The position numbers and the translations under genes were made by a program. A stretch of 63,877 bases of DNA, counting the filler, from Reticulomyxa filosa (taxonomy: Eukaryota > Protista > Foraminifera): assembly GCA_000512085.1 (NCBI GenBank). It is 18 parts of 18 records of this genome, joined end to end, with 100 filler letters (N's around TTAATTAATTAA, not from the genome) between each part and the next. Parts side by side here need not be neighbours in the genome. Positions count along the whole stretch, not along the records: positions 1 to 2,168 come from ASPP01021183.1; positions 2,269 to 10,051 come from ASPP01005759.1; positions 10,152 to 11,557 come from ASPP01004729.1; positions 11,658 to 12,921 come from ASPP01003795.1; 14 more parts are not named here. One strand, 5' to 3'. Numbering within the stretch: the first letter of the stretch is position 1; each line of letters begins with the position of its first letter. Positions 1-12,921 of this stretch are shown here, piece after piece. The notes below the pieces were generated by a model that saw only the letters and a list, made by a program, of their open reading frames with translations, was not told where the DNA came from and searched no databases.

Positions 1-1482
1 TGTTACAACTCTGGAGTCAGTTATGACTCATGTATCACTACATAATGTATATTTATTTACTTGAATCTACAAGTTTTTGTAATACGTTATGTTAAAATTT
101 ATCCAAATTTCAAGTGCTGCTTTGAATAAGTCTTTTCGTTTTGTTATTTTTTATTTTGTTTTAGTTCTTCAATTAATTTCGATCATATTGAGATTAGTAC
201 ATTGTTATATATAATTTAAAGCTTAAATCTTTTTTTTCACTTAAATAGTTTTTCACTATATTGCATTTGCGCTTTGTGTTGTTGTCTTGTTGAAAGATTT
301 ATTTTTGGCCACTAAATAACATATTTGTGCTTGTTATTATTTTGCAAATTAATATTTTAACATATTTCGCAACAGCCAGAGTTGTATATGGCACTAACAT
401 CAAATGCCGAAAAATGTCAATGTATCATTATTTTCTTGTAATGTTTGGTTGTACATTTAATTTCTTTGGATAATATCTTTCTCATCTTGAAGTTTTTTTC
501 AACTGAATTTAATTAAAATAGCTAATTCATCTTAGAATAAAATACTTTTACATTTTTCAACAGTATATTCTTTATGCTCAATTGCCAATCATAATCTTTT
601 TGCTTTTTATCTTCATTTACAATGGATTTTACTGCATATACATAACTTCGAAATCATAATTCGTGTATCCTTCAGCATAAAGTATCATTTGATGTCAGTT
701 TGTCTTTAAATACATTTTCAATATCGTATTTACAATTAATCTGTCTTTACTGTTAGTTGTTTTTCGATTTCTTACATTCTAACTTTACGTTTTTCGAATT
801 TTTTTTTCATTCCTTAAACCAAATTTTTAATTGTTAGAACATTATATAACATTAAAGTTTCAATACGCTTAGTACCAAAACCACAATTACCATATGCTTT
901 AATTTCCCAGATTGCCAGATTTAAGACTATTACAATTGTTTAAAAAATTACTAAAAATCACTTTACCAAAAAAAACTTTAAAAAAAGTAACAAGAAAACT
1001 ACAAACTTTAAAAATTGCAAATCTTTAATTTTTGTAAAAATATCTAGAAAATGAAAAAAACATTAATGATTTTCTACACTTTTATTAAAAACAAATATAT
1101 TTTTGGTTATCCACGACGCGTAAGTATTATTTTTAAAAAAACTCTGTATGTTAATTACGTGTCAACACACAAAAAGAAGAAAATAAATACTTAAGATGCG
1201 TTTAAAAAAGATAATTGCAACCGTTTATTAAAATAAAAAAATAAACACCTAAAATTTATTTTACTTTTGGAAAGCTGATAATCTTTGTATAGTGCAATTT
1301 TATGTGTTTCAATTTTTTTTTTTGCAATTTAGTATATTTTGGATAAAATTATTCAGTAAAACTGAAACAAAAAATGGAATGATCCTGATAGGAACATAAA
1401 ATCAAAAGAAAAGTCAAATAAGTGCAATAATGGTCTTTTCTTTTAAAAATTGAAGATTAAGGAGTTCTTATTTTAACCAAAG

Positions 1483-2154
1483 TTAAGGAATCAAAATATT
1501 CGACAGAGGTTTGCTCAAGAAATAAAGATGTTTGAGATCATGAATTTTGGAACAGGAGACACTAGCGTGAGATGGAGTAAAAGCGTTCAGTGGATGTTTA
1601 ATAAGTGTACTTGCATGTGGAAAAAGAAATAGCAAGAATTTGGGAACAACGGACATGAAGATATTGTTCCGAAAAGCATAACTTTGTGACCAAGTGTCGC
1701 AAAGTTGAAGAGAGACACTGATGCAAACATTATTTTTGTTATCGACATTGTTGTTCGGAACAATATGGACATATCCAATTGCAATATGTCGAATTTGCGA
1801 GTATTTATTCAACACAACCCAAGGAAGTAACAAATGTTTTTCCAAAGATAGCGAAGTGAAGTCGCTCATTATTGTTTGTGTCGATGTTGTTGTTGGTACT
1901 GTCGAGTGGTCTATCACTCCACTGTCATCACTGCCGCTCTTGCGACCAGCACATTGAAATAAAACAAAGTCGCGAATTGCAATGTGAGGGTCTTTGCAAT
2001 TTTCATTTGCCTTATCTCCATTTTTGCCGTCGCTGTACTTGAACTCATAGTGGAGAACAAGTTTTTTGATCAAAGTACTTTTGAAGCACACCACGTCCAT
2101 ATTTGGACGAATGTTGGTTTCGACAATGATTTGTCGCATTTCTTTGCAAATTTC
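1483..2154 (-). CDS. Hypothetical protein, probable 3' terminal exon (5' part beyond contig end)
   Basis: 218-aa ORF with higher GC than its flanks. The frame opens right after a catag acceptor-like site (NEICKEMRQIIV...). No motif recognised. Confidence 0.5.
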   Translation of the reverse strand, partial: EICKEMRQIIVETNIRPNMDVVCFKSTLIKKLVLHYEFKYSDGKNGDKANENCKDPHIAIRDFVLFQCAGRKSGSDDSGVIDHSTVPTTTSTQTIMSDFTSLSLEKHLLLPWVVLNKYSQIRHIAIGYVHIVPNNNVDNKNNVCISVSLQLCDTWSQSYAFRNNIFMSVVPKFLLFLFPHASTLIKHPLNAFTPSHASVSCSKIHDLKHLYFLSKPLSNILIP

Positions 2155-2168
2155 ATTCTATGTTTCAA

Positions 2169-2268
2169 NNNNNNNNNNNNNNNNNNNNNNNNNNNNNNNN
2201 NNNNNNNNNNNNTTAATTAATTAANNNNNNNNNNNNNNNNNNNNNNNNNNNNNNNNNNNNNNNNNNNN
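2169..2268. other. Artificial contig-joining spacer (first of 17)
   Basis: N44 + TTAATTAATTAA + N44. Identical 100-nt spacers start at 2169, 10052, 11558, 12922, 15077, 17615, 23249, 24501, 27294, 31886, 39029, 41111, 46547, 50128, 57049, 59883 and 62546. Confidence 0.99.
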
Positions 2269-2431
2269 ATTCCTCCTCCCCCCTCCCCCTTTTTAAAAAA
2301 AAAATATATACATATACATTATATTACCCTTTGGCATGTTTTATAATGTACACATAACACATAAATAAATAAATACAAATATTTATATATAAATATTTGT
2401 TAATTTTTTTTTTTTTTTAAAAAAAAAAAAA

Positions 2432-3172
2432 GTGTTGGTATTTGGCGATACGTGCTTTAGTCCTTCGCGACTGGTGGTAAATATCCTGTATATGAGCCTG
2501 TTAATCGTGGCGATATGTGGACTAGCAGTGAGTGTGTTTAGTGGAGTTTGGAACTATTGTGTGATGGAGGTGAAGGTGAAGGACTTTGATCCGTTTGGAT
2601 GGACGGGAAATGGCAACAATCCGGGATTGTCTTATATCTGCTTCGATAGCCGCTTGACGCAACTGTTAGGACTCGGAGTCGCTTCGTCCACTTCAGCTTT
2701 GAATGCGATAATCGGCTGCATGTACGTGTCACGAATCTTCCTGACATTTCGATTGATGAAGCGTAACCAGGAGCTGGACTCCAATCATCTTATGTCGACT
2801 CGGGCGAGCGTGCAGACGCATGTGAAATCGATACAAACAGTCGAAAAGGAAGCGACAACGTCGGTCATTGACGGCTCCGGTCAAATGCTGCCTCACATAA
2901 GAAAGACGTCGGTCATTGCTGTGATCGGACTTAGCAGCAATTTGATTGGCTTTATCTTGGCTTTTTTTGGGTGGATTTTTACTTCCAGGATTGACGCTGC
3001 TATCAACGGCATTCTTCTCTGTTGTGCATTCACTTTTGGCGAAAAACTTTACAACACCTTGTTTGGGTGGTGCTACCCTGCTGTTGATCACAAGTTGCAA
3101 TACGCACTCCAACAATCTCCACCTGCTGTTGAAATTGAACGTGTTTGTATCGCCGATACTTCTATCGCTTAA
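2432..3172 (+). CDS. Multi-pass membrane protein, divergent 7TM/GPCR-like, 3' exon
   Basis: About 4 hydrophobic helices, a long polar loop before RKTSVIAVIGLSS, and a last helix IDAAINGILLCCAFTF followed by an amphipathic segment KLYNTLFGWC. Preceded by intron-like polyT/polyA ending in AG. Confidence 0.6.
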   Translation: MLVFGDTCFSPSRLVVNILYMSLLIVAICGLAVSVFSGVWNYCVMEVKVKDFDPFGWTGNGNNPGLSYICFDSRLTQLLGLGVASSTSALNAIIGCMYVSRIFLTFRLMKRNQELDSNHLMSTRASVQTHVKSIQTVEKEATTSVIDGSGQMLPHIRKTSVIAVIGLSSNLIGFILAFFGWIFTSRIDAAINGILLCCAFTFGEKLYNTLFGWCYPAVDHKLQYALQQSPPAVEIERVCIADTSIA

Positions 3173-3593
3173 AAACCATACATAAATAAAAACATTGTTT
3201 GAGCTTAGAAAATCTCGTTTGCATTTGATTTTTTTTTTGTTTTTTTTTTTTTTTTTGTTGTTGTTTTCGTTTTCTCCATTTGGTGTCTTTTTTTTTTAGT
3301 GTGGATTTATAAATTTTTTTGTGCTTTTTTTTTTGGTCCTTTTTTTTTGGGGGAAGGGGAGGGGACCTAATTAACATCATCTACAATCGCAACTTTGTTG
3401 CGTGCTGCATACATTCTTGCTAAAAGAAAAAAAAATGACTTTTTTGGCAGAGCTCATCTGAAGGAAAGGTGTCACATTTAAACGTTTACAAGCTTGTATC
3501 AATGTTTTATACTATAATTAAAAAACTAACCGTTTGTTGAAGAACTCTCCAAAACTTTTTTTGTTAAACAAAAAAAAATTCTTCAAAGATACT

Positions 3594-5917
3594 TCACAAT
3601 ATCCCCCAGAGTCGAATTGTATTATCACATGCAGATGATACTAGTATGCTACCGTCTGGCGAAATATCTATTCCTGTAACACTGTTTGAATGTCCGTTCA
3701 ATTCCTGTATCTCCAATCCTGACTTTAAGTCCCACAATTGAATAGCGTTATCATTTGAACATGACACAATTGTTTTCCCGTCTGGTGAAAATTGTACATC
3801 ATTTATATTGCCTGAATGCCTGAGCAGCTTTTTAATTTCCCTTCCGGATTTCACATTCAGCAATCGAATTGTTTCACCGTCTGCGACACACAACAGACAG
3901 CCATCGAATGAAAATTGTAATCTAATTGTCTGGTCAAAATAACGATTGAATTTTTTAATTTTTTACCAGACTTTACATCCCATATGACAATTGCGAAATC
4001 TTTTGCAAGTGATACAACTGTTTGACCATCAGGTGAAAATTGCACATCAGTTACTATATTTGGAATCTCCTGCAAGCATTGCAATTCCCTTCCGGACACT
4101 ACATCCCACAGTCGAATTGTGCCATCACTTGAGCTTGACACAAGCATTTTTCCATCTGGTGAAAATTGAACTCTTGATATACTACCTAAATGTCCTTCCA
4201 ATATTTTTTTTTCCTTTCCTAGATCTACATCCCACAATCTCACAGTTTTGTCATCTGAGCAAGAAACAATACTTTCACATGTTGGTGAAAATCTCGCATC
4301 ATTGACAGCATCCAAATGCCCGAGTAATATATGAATTTCCTTTCCAAGTCTCATATTCCATATTCGAATTGTTTTATCTTGTGATGCCGAAACAAAGCAA
4401 ATACCATCTGGTGAAAATTTTATACTGTTTATTGGTGATAAATGTCCTTGGAGCACTTTCAGTGGCTTGAAATATTTCATCTGTTTTGTTGTTTATTGTT
4501 GAGTGTATTACTTCAATCAACAAATTCCAACGACGGAAAAAAAAAGTCAAAATAAAACCAAAAAAAATGAACCAGAAGATATCGTGATATGATAATGTTG
4601 AGTTCATTAATCCATTTCATTTTAATGAACAATGGATGAAACCAATATTCAATTATCATTTTGACTTCTCTGTGTTTTCTTTTTTTTTTTTTTTTTTTTT
4701 TTGAAAATTAATATATTGTAAAAACTTTTTGATAAAGAACAAAAAAAAGAAAAAAAAAAAGACAACAACTCAACTTTCAACTTTGTTATATCAAATCCTT
4801 GTTTTATTCCTTTCAGCTCTTTTCTGGTACTTTCTATCTCCACTTTTATCTCTTCTCCTTCTCTGATTCCCTCTTCTTGTGCCATCCACTCCCTCTCCTT
4901 CTCTGTTTCTTTTTTCGTCCATTCACTTATATTTGTCGTGATGTGCACGGACATCGCACAATCTTTTTTGTCTCTTCCTCCTAAAAAATGTATACATGTG
5001 CTATCTTCATTCAATACGCCAATAAAATCTCGCAATATAAAGGGCAGCTTCTGTTCAAATTTAATCCATTTTTTTTCTTTCATTGAATATTTGTGCACTT
5101 CTTGTGAAATATCACTAGAAATATAGCCATTCCAACCTCCAAAAAACAAGATGAAATCATTGATACAAACATATGCACAAGAACGAAATGTTCGCATCGT
5201 TGTGCAAACCCATAATTTATGAAACTGAAATGTATTGCTGCTCTCATCATAGTCAATTGATAATCCTACATTTTCACAAAATAATAGCATTTCATTTTTT
5301 TTTGAATTTAAATTCTTTTTTGTTGATGTCCGTTCGTAATTTTTTTTCAACACAAAACAATGATAAAATATATAATGCATATCCATTGGTAAAGTATTGT
5401 GATTAATGTATTGTCTTAAATTCAAATCAAAAACATCAATATTATTGTGAAAATAAAATATAAATAGCAAATGATTGTTGCTTCCTCCAATCACTGCACG
5501 CATCCCTTCATAACCATCTTTCTTTTTGCTGATGCAAATGGACTTATTTTGATTGTCAGTGAAAGGCAGCCATTCATTGCGATCACTCATTTTTTTCATT
5601 TCAACATCATTGTCATTCCAAACACTCACATATTTCATTATCAACGAATGCTCATATACTCCACCAAGTGATAACAAATTAACTTCATCTATATTTTCGT
5701 TGCTGATATACTTGACGATACAATGTCCACGAGGTGTGACATCTTTTGGATAAGAACAGATTCTCTTGTACTGATCTTTGAGTATATGATAAGAATAACA
5801 ATCTCTTTTGTATTCACCTCCACAAATAAGAATTTCATGCTTGTGAACCACACATTGACTAAGATAAAGAGGAATAGGCAGCGGGCTCAAAGTCTGAAAA
5901 AGAGATGTAGTATCCAT
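3594..5917 (-). CDS. Kelch-like propeller + coiled coil + WD40-repeat protein (3 exons; one frameshift in an A-run near 3951-3965)
   Basis: ATG at 5917, Kelch-type GG motifs (ILICGG, LFFGGWNG, IHFLGG), E/K-rich coil, a short linker exon ~4573-4670 (EVKMIIEYWFHPLFIKMKWINELNIIISRYLL), intron 4481-4572, then ~7 GH..FSPDG..WD repeats. Adding one A at GKKLKN restores KKFNRYFDQTIRLQFSFDG into ORF 3594..3893. Confidence 0.85.
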
Positions 5918-6397
5918 ATGTAAAAATTTTTGATTGAATATAAATATAATTGCGAACAGGTAGGGTTTACTAGAAAAAAAAGGCAAGAAAAGGAGAACTG
6001 ATTTTCTCTTTTGTTAATTCTTCAATTTCGAATGGTAAACAGTATCTTCATTTCACTATGAACAAATATATCTAAAAAAAGATACGAATTTTAATAATCA
6101 ATTACTTGTGGCGAAAGGCGATCAAATATTGCTGTTAATTGCTGTGAAAAATATTACTTTACCACAATATTGCACAAAATCGAATAGTATAATGTGTTAG
6201 TAGCCACAAATTTTCAAAGACTTCCAATATGTGAATAACAATAGTTTTAAAAGCAACTTGGGGATTCATTAATTTTTAAATACGAAAAAGCAATTAATAA
6301 TTGTTTTTTTAATCGAAAAAATTTTACGAGAAAGAAAATTCTGTAGCTTAAAAAGTGATCCCGAAGGTTTTGAATAAACAGAGTTGCAAAATATCAA

Positions 6398-7412
6398 ATG
6401 ATGAAACTCACTGACAACGAAGACGACAAAGTTAAGGCCTATGTAGAAATATCACCAAAGACAAACGAAAACATTACAGAAACTTTGGATTTCAAAAAAC
6501 ACTGGAGTTTAAATTGGAAAAGGGCAAATTTGCAAGCTGCCAGCATGGTTGAGGAGATGATGAGCAATAAAGAGCAAGGATTGATTATTGTGGCGAAAAA
6601 CAGTGAGCAGCAAGAAAATAATAATAATTTGAGTAATAGCAATAATGGTATCCCTTTGCCGGTTTCATTGATAGGTAAAAAAGTAGAAAAAATTCAGTTT
6701 GAGGAATATTGGATGTGTGTAATCAAAGATGAATGTATTGTATTAAATGGAATATGTATCGATGGAAATATATATGTTGATTAACTGTAAAATTCAATGC
6801 AAAGAGGATGTGAAGATTACAACGCAGATTTTTATGACAAGAGATTCGATCATTGATTGGCCATTGAATCAATGTGTTTCATCAATTCAATGGAACACCA
6901 AAGTGCATTATGATATTCCATTTCAACTCCAAGATCTCCAAGACAAGGCAAACAATTGCTTGGAAAAGGGATTGTTAGCTAATCATGCTTGGGTTGGCTC
7001 CATTTATAATAATTTGGGAAGTGCTTATAACACTAAAGGACAACACGATGTAGCTATCACATATCATGAACAGTCATTGCAAATCAGAATACACATTTTT
7101 GGAATCCATCATGTGGATGTGGCCGCCTCTTATCACAATCTGGGCACTGCATACAGTAGGAAAGGCGTGTATGATAAGGCAATTGAATACTATGAACAAT
7201 CACTGCAGATGAAAAAACAACTATTTAAAGGTACAAACAGATCCGTTGGTGACGTTAATTGAAACTTAGGAATGACATTTGAAAAATAAGGAGAAAAACA
7301 AACAGCATGCAAATATTACGAAGAAGCATGGAAAATATACAATGTTGTTGTGGGCCAATTCCATTACCAAGCCTTATTAGCAAAAAAAAGAATTAAAGAA
7401 TTAAGTCAATAA
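6398..7412 (+). pseudogene. TPR-repeat protein, disrupted
   Basis: TPR consensus (IYNNLGSAY..KGQHDVAITYHEQSLQI; SYHNLGTAY..KGVYDKAIEYYEQSL). Frameshift at ~6780 and in-frame TGA at 7260. TPR-like reading continues (NLGMTFEKIGEKQTACKYYEEAWKIY) to TAA at 7410. Confidence 0.85.
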
Positions 7413-8676
7413 ATCATCTTAAATAATTCTGTTTCCTGTTTAATTTTAAAAATTGGAAAACAAGAAAAAGTATCCAAAGATATCATGTTTCCTTTTTAAG
7501 ATGAGAGATAATGAACAACTTTGTCTCACTCCAGCTCAAAAAACAAAAATAATCATTTCGATTTCAACAACAAAAATTTATTAATTATTGTGATTACATT
7601 GCATTAGTACAAATTATTGTTGGGTTTTAAAAAATATTTTTAACCAAAAACATTTTTATTACAAATAATCAACCTGTGAATCTTAAATTGCAAGGGTTGT
7701 GCAGCGTCAATTTTTTTTAAGGTACATTCTACAAAAACTCCCGAACTCAATTGTTCAAGTAAAGCTTGCAAATTATTACAAGGACACTGTCATTTTTATT
7801 ATTACCAGCATTGAAATTCGAATACGAGGAGTTTGCTTAACAACAGTGTCTAGGTGCGATTAACGTTGCACTAGGGTTACTGGACAGCAGTATGACTGTC
7901 GTCTATGTCACAACTCTGCTGATGACAAGATATTTTGTGAAGGTATACGCCAGTATTTAATTTTGTATGACATGTAACTATTAAGTTGTAGCCACACTAT
8001 CTCTATGTGACGTGACGTCTAGACAAGAGATTAAAAGAATACCAACTGTAGTTTTTTTATCAGATGTGCAATTTGCAATGTACTCTTTGTGGAACTAAAC
8101 AATTTCGATTTTGGGAATGATAAAATTTTTTGCATAAAAAGGAAGCAAATTTTTGTTAGATGAGAAAATGTGCAAAACTGTATAGTTTAATACGTTTGCA
8201 AAATAGAAAGTGAAAGTATTTTCAAAAAATAACTACAACTAAACTATTTTTGTGGTTTTGAATAAACAACCAATCAATGAAACAATTCCTCATCACACAT
8301 CGCATGAATTCAAAATAAAAGAGCTCATTTTTTTTTTAATATGTTTTTGGCAATGGGAAAAAATTGGTTTCGAACAAGAAAAAATCAAAAGATGGAAAAG
8401 CCCTGATCAGTACCGGGCGGCCAGGGGAGGAGGGAAAGAAAAAACAGAGCAAAACAAACAACAAACAAGACAAGCAAATAAAAAGAAAAAAAAAAAAAAA
8501 TAGCAAAAAAAAAAGGTGAACAACAATTGACCACAAAAACAAAGATCAACATAAAAACAACGTGATTCCGAACTTTTCAAGAAAGCCTACAAACAACCCT
8601 CCTGCCGTTTGACATGTGATAATACTGAATGATCGTGGTAGTTTTGCATACAAGAAGAAGAAAATAAGTAAGTAAG

Positions 8677-9948
8677 TTAAAGCGCCGACCAAGACTTGAT
8701 TAAAAGTTTGAGCAAATAGTAAATATTCAGCGCCCAGAAAATGAACCCCCAACTTGGGAACCTATTTTTTTTCAAAAAGACCCACAATCATTGAGAACAA
8801 AAGTTCAAACAGTTGTATCTCTCTCTCGGCCCCCTTTTTTTTTCAAAGCAATCTACATACGTATATTAAAAAAAAAAAAAACATACCAAAACGTATTGAG
8901 CGGTGTGCCAGTGGCACTACCTGGAATGCCAGTATCAGGAGGTGGAACGGCACTTTTCCCTCCATTTTCCCAATACATATAAAAGCGATAGTAAAAGAGC
9001 CCGCCGCCAAAGATCCAAAGCAGACTCATGAAACTGCACAAGACCAAAAATAAAGTGCGACGAAGTTTGCCCGACTTGAACTTGACCACGACATGCAACA
9101 AGTACAAGAAACATGCCAGACTCGCCCAGCCGACAAAGGCAGAAATGGAGCCCAATATGGTGCCGGCCGCGACCAGATTGCTGTTTTTGGTTGTATCAAT
9201 GGCGTCGCTCCATTTCACATTATACCAACCGATTGGAATAAATACCCCGACGATATTCGTGCCGTGGCCCTTTTCCAAGTTTGCAATAGTTACAAAGCCC
9301 GATCTTTGCATGAACCAACACACTGCCGCGTACAGCATTATCTTGCGTGCTGTGTCTTGTAGGTTCAGCACTTGGACCAATTTTATTGGCGCTCTTTCCG
9401 ACTCGGCTATTTTCTATTTTGTTTTTGTTCACACTACATATATCTCCTCCTCCTCAACAACAGTAACAAAATATTTACTCACCTCATGTTCTGGATAATA
9501 AAATTTCATCGTCTTTGGTTGTATTGGTGGGTCTAGTCTATACAAACAAAAAGAAGCACATTTAATTGGATTAATCTAACTAAAAAAAATATATACATAC
9601 ATACAAATATATGTATATATATATATGTATACATTTAGCCTCTTTGTGTTTTTTGTGTGTGTGTTCAAAAGGGGTTTTTTTTTTTTTTTGAGATAACTTT
9701 CGGATTTTGACGTAGAGACAACAAGACATCAACAAGACGATGACGACTTGGACTAGCCAACCATAGTCCGGAATAATGTACGTGTAGCAAGTGCCGCTGG
9801 TGCAATTGTTGTTGATGTAGTAGTTCATTTCAAGTAGTCCGTGGAAGCATACCACTAAGTACCACATCGTTGTGATCCAAAATACGCCTTTGACTAAGCT
9901 GTACATCACGCTCAGCGTCTGTCTTTGAGGGACCCGAATGCTGCAGCA
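8677..9948 (-). CDS. Multi-pass membrane protein of unknown function, last 4 exons
   Basis: Exons ~9948-9697, ~9538-9484, ~9412-8888 and ~8761-8677 join in frame over GT-AG introns (..YVKIRK|LDPPIQPKTMKFYYPEHE|KIAESERAPIKLVQ..PLNTFW|FPSWGFIFWALNIYYLLKLLIKSWSAL*). About 6 hydrophobic segments. Confidence 0.7.
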
Positions 9949-11217
9949 CTGATCGTTATTACAAACAAATATATACACATCACACATGGTATACAATAAG
10001 TATATGTAACAATTGTATTTCCATAAGCAACAACTATTTTTTTTTTTTTTTNNNNNNNNNNNNNNNNNNNNNNNNNNNNNNNNNNNNNNNNNNNNTTAAT
10101 TAATTAANNNNNNNNNNNNNNNNNNNNNNNNNNNNNNNNNNNNNNNNNNNNGGTCCATTGCTTGAAAATGTTTTTTATATGTCCATTTTTTTTTTATTTA
10201 TTGATATGTACATATTCAATAACTAATAACAACACCACATCTTTATACGTATATTGATTATTTATTTGTATGTATGTGGTATGTGTTGCTTCAAATTTTT
10301 GAATAGATATTCAAAAGTGTAACAATAAAGTTTTGCAATGCAGATGGACACATTTTTGCTGCAGCGAGTTCCCAGCAATAATGGCAACAGTGACAGCAAC
10401 GGCAGCAGTATCTATGGTTATGAAAGTAAAAGTGCCAACCTCATAATTGGATTGTTGCTGATGGAAACTCAATACATCGAATCATGGAAGCCACAATACA
10501 ACATACGTGCCTGTCATTTCTTCAATAAATTTATTTGTTCATCATTGAACAAGTATCTATCAATGACGGCGTGCATCAAATATAGATCATGATTTGCGTT
10601 TTTAGTGGCGTATATTTGGAAAAAAATTGAAAGTCCATATCGTGTGATGCGTCTCATGATGGGGTGAAAGAAAGCCTAGCAATTCATATTGGTGAGCTGG
10701 TTATTATTGTGATTATGTGTGCAGCATATATTCCAAGTTATAATGTTTTCTTACAATGTGATTGAAACATGTATAATCAATACACGCGTATATAACATAG
10801 GTCTCCAAAGAATGCAATACCTGTCTATCGAGAAATTGAAAAGTGGTTGTGGTGGTTGCGTGCCAGCAACAAGGGTGAAGCGAAGTGCAGATAACATCAA
10901 AGTTGTGGCATATTTGGTCGCAAGTATTTGACACATGCCTCAATTTTTTGATTGAAAAATTTTTGCTTTTTTGTGTGGATCGTAGTTTCTTTTGATTTTA
11001 ATTATAATCTTAATGCTCTTCCTCCAGCTCACCTGATATTATTCATCACAAAAAATTTCTGAACTTTAAAAGTAGAAAATATGTAGATATGTCCGATTTG
11101 GTTTGAAAAACTGTAATATACTGATTTTCTCTTCTATTGTTTAGAGTTGGTGCCAAGAAAAAAAAAATAAGTACTCCAAAAGAGCCACACGTAAGACTTT
11201 ACGGAATATGAATTGAC

Positions 11218-11557
11218 TTGCCACTATTCGGCAAAAAAGACCTTATTGAATTGCATCATATTTGTGCAATATTGTTATATTGTGGAAAATCCTGTGATGT
11301 CGAGTTCAGCTATGCTCAAATGGATTTTAAGCATTACGTGTGGATCTATTTAGATAGGTATTTGCAAAGTGCCGTTGCGATATTGTGTACACATGAAAGA
11401 CGAGAAGAAAGCAACATGGACTTGTATTGTGAACTAAAAGGAATGAAATTTGAAAATATTAATGAACTCAGTGCGGGATATTTCGTCAGTTATGTAAGTG
11501 CCACTAATGTTTTGCAAGATACACAAACATCTCAAACTGATCAACGATGCATTTTAC
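11218..11557 (+). pseudogene. Fragment of ADP-ribosyltransferase-like ('LYCG') family protein
   Basis: ELHHICAILLYCGKSC..ERREESNMDLYCELKGMKF..AGYFVSYVSATN..QRCIL follows the layout of arginine-ART domains (helical A-I-x-x-Y, Y-R-G strand, S-T-S strand) with degenerate motifs. No clean start; truncated by the spacer. Confidence 0.5.
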
Positions 11558-11983
11558 NNNNNNNNNNNNNNNNNNNNNNNNNNNNNNNNNNNNNNNNNNN
11601 NTTAATTAATTAANNNNNNNNNNNNNNNNNNNNNNNNNNNNNNNNNNNNNNNNNNNNAGAACACTTTTTATTGACGGATTGGAGCAAAATTGTTCAATGC
11701 ATCAATGTTGTTTGTTCACAACATTTTGCTCAGATCATTGAAAAGCAATAAATGATGAAGATATATAAATAAGTCTTCTTAATTCAACACTTTAAAGCGA
11801 AAAGTTTCCGGTCTTCGTTTCACATACTTTCAGATTGTCTTCTTGCTCTCCTTTCGAACAACACTACAATACTTTTATATTAATACTTATTGTTTTTTTC
11901 TTTAATTCTTCTTCCACTTCACATTTTAATCGTTGTAAGCTGATTGTCTAAAAAAAATTCAAAACAAAGCAAAATAAAACAAA

Positions 11984-12921
11984 TCAATAATTTTTTTTTA
12001 AAAAAAAAAAGAAATGAAAAAGAACTGGAACATGTCGTAATCCAAACAGCAGCAATCCCACAAAATTTTTCTGAATTTTTGTTTCAAGATATTCTTTGAG
12101 TGAATTGTCCTTTTTGAAACAAGTATTGAGAGTAAAGAAATGCTTTGAGTGGGTAAAATTGCTATTTTTTGTATTGTCATTTTTCCAGGAGATTGAGGGA
12201 ATAACAGATTGCTGTTCTTTGTAGAAGAGATCTCTTTGTAATAAAACTCCACATCGTTCATGTGAAGTATTGCTGAGCAAGACACAAACCCTGGCAACAC
12301 GCAAGCAATGAATACTTAATTTTTTTGCCAAATCTTTGAGCTGGGAACGATTGACTTTTTTTTGCAAAAATGAAATATTTATTCCCAATGGACAATTTTG
12401 AATAAATAATGAAATACTTTCCGTTGAATTTGCCACTACTTCTTTAGCAGGCTCTATTTCCATTCCCATTCCCATTCCCATTCTCATTACCATTTCCATT
12501 TCCATTTTTATTCCCATTTCCATTTCCACAAATGTCTTTGTTTCAAAAAATGACACATTTGTTGTCCCAGTATTGAAATTCGATTTGTCAATGTTTTGGA
12601 GCAATGCATCGAGTAATTCCATCATATTCTGTTTCAAACTATTTTCGGTACATTGCAATTTCACATCATCCATATTTACATTCTTGCTTTCCTTTTCTTG
12701 TATTTCTGCTTTCTCTTGTGTTTCCATCTTTTCCTGTGTTACTTGAGTTTTTTGTTCATGTAACTCTTGCTTCTCTTGTTTTTTTTGTATTTTTTGCATT
12801 TCACATTCTTCTTCCTTTTCTTGTATTGTTTGTATTTCTTGTGTTTTTGATATTTCTTCTATTTTTTGTATTTTTTGTATTTCTTGTATTTCTTGTATTT
12901 CTTGTATTTCTTGTATTTCTT
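11984..12921 (-). CDS. Hypothetical protein with Q/E/K low-complexity N-terminal region, partial
   Basis: Open frame from the contig end with EIQ repeats, an MEMGM repeat and a globular-looking tail. The downstream continuation (11658-11945) appears disrupted. Confidence 0.5.
12870..12921. repeat. 9-bp tandem repeat (TTCTTGTAT)n encoding EIQ on the minus strand
   Basis: Directly visible; the contig ends inside the repeat. Confidence 0.9.
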
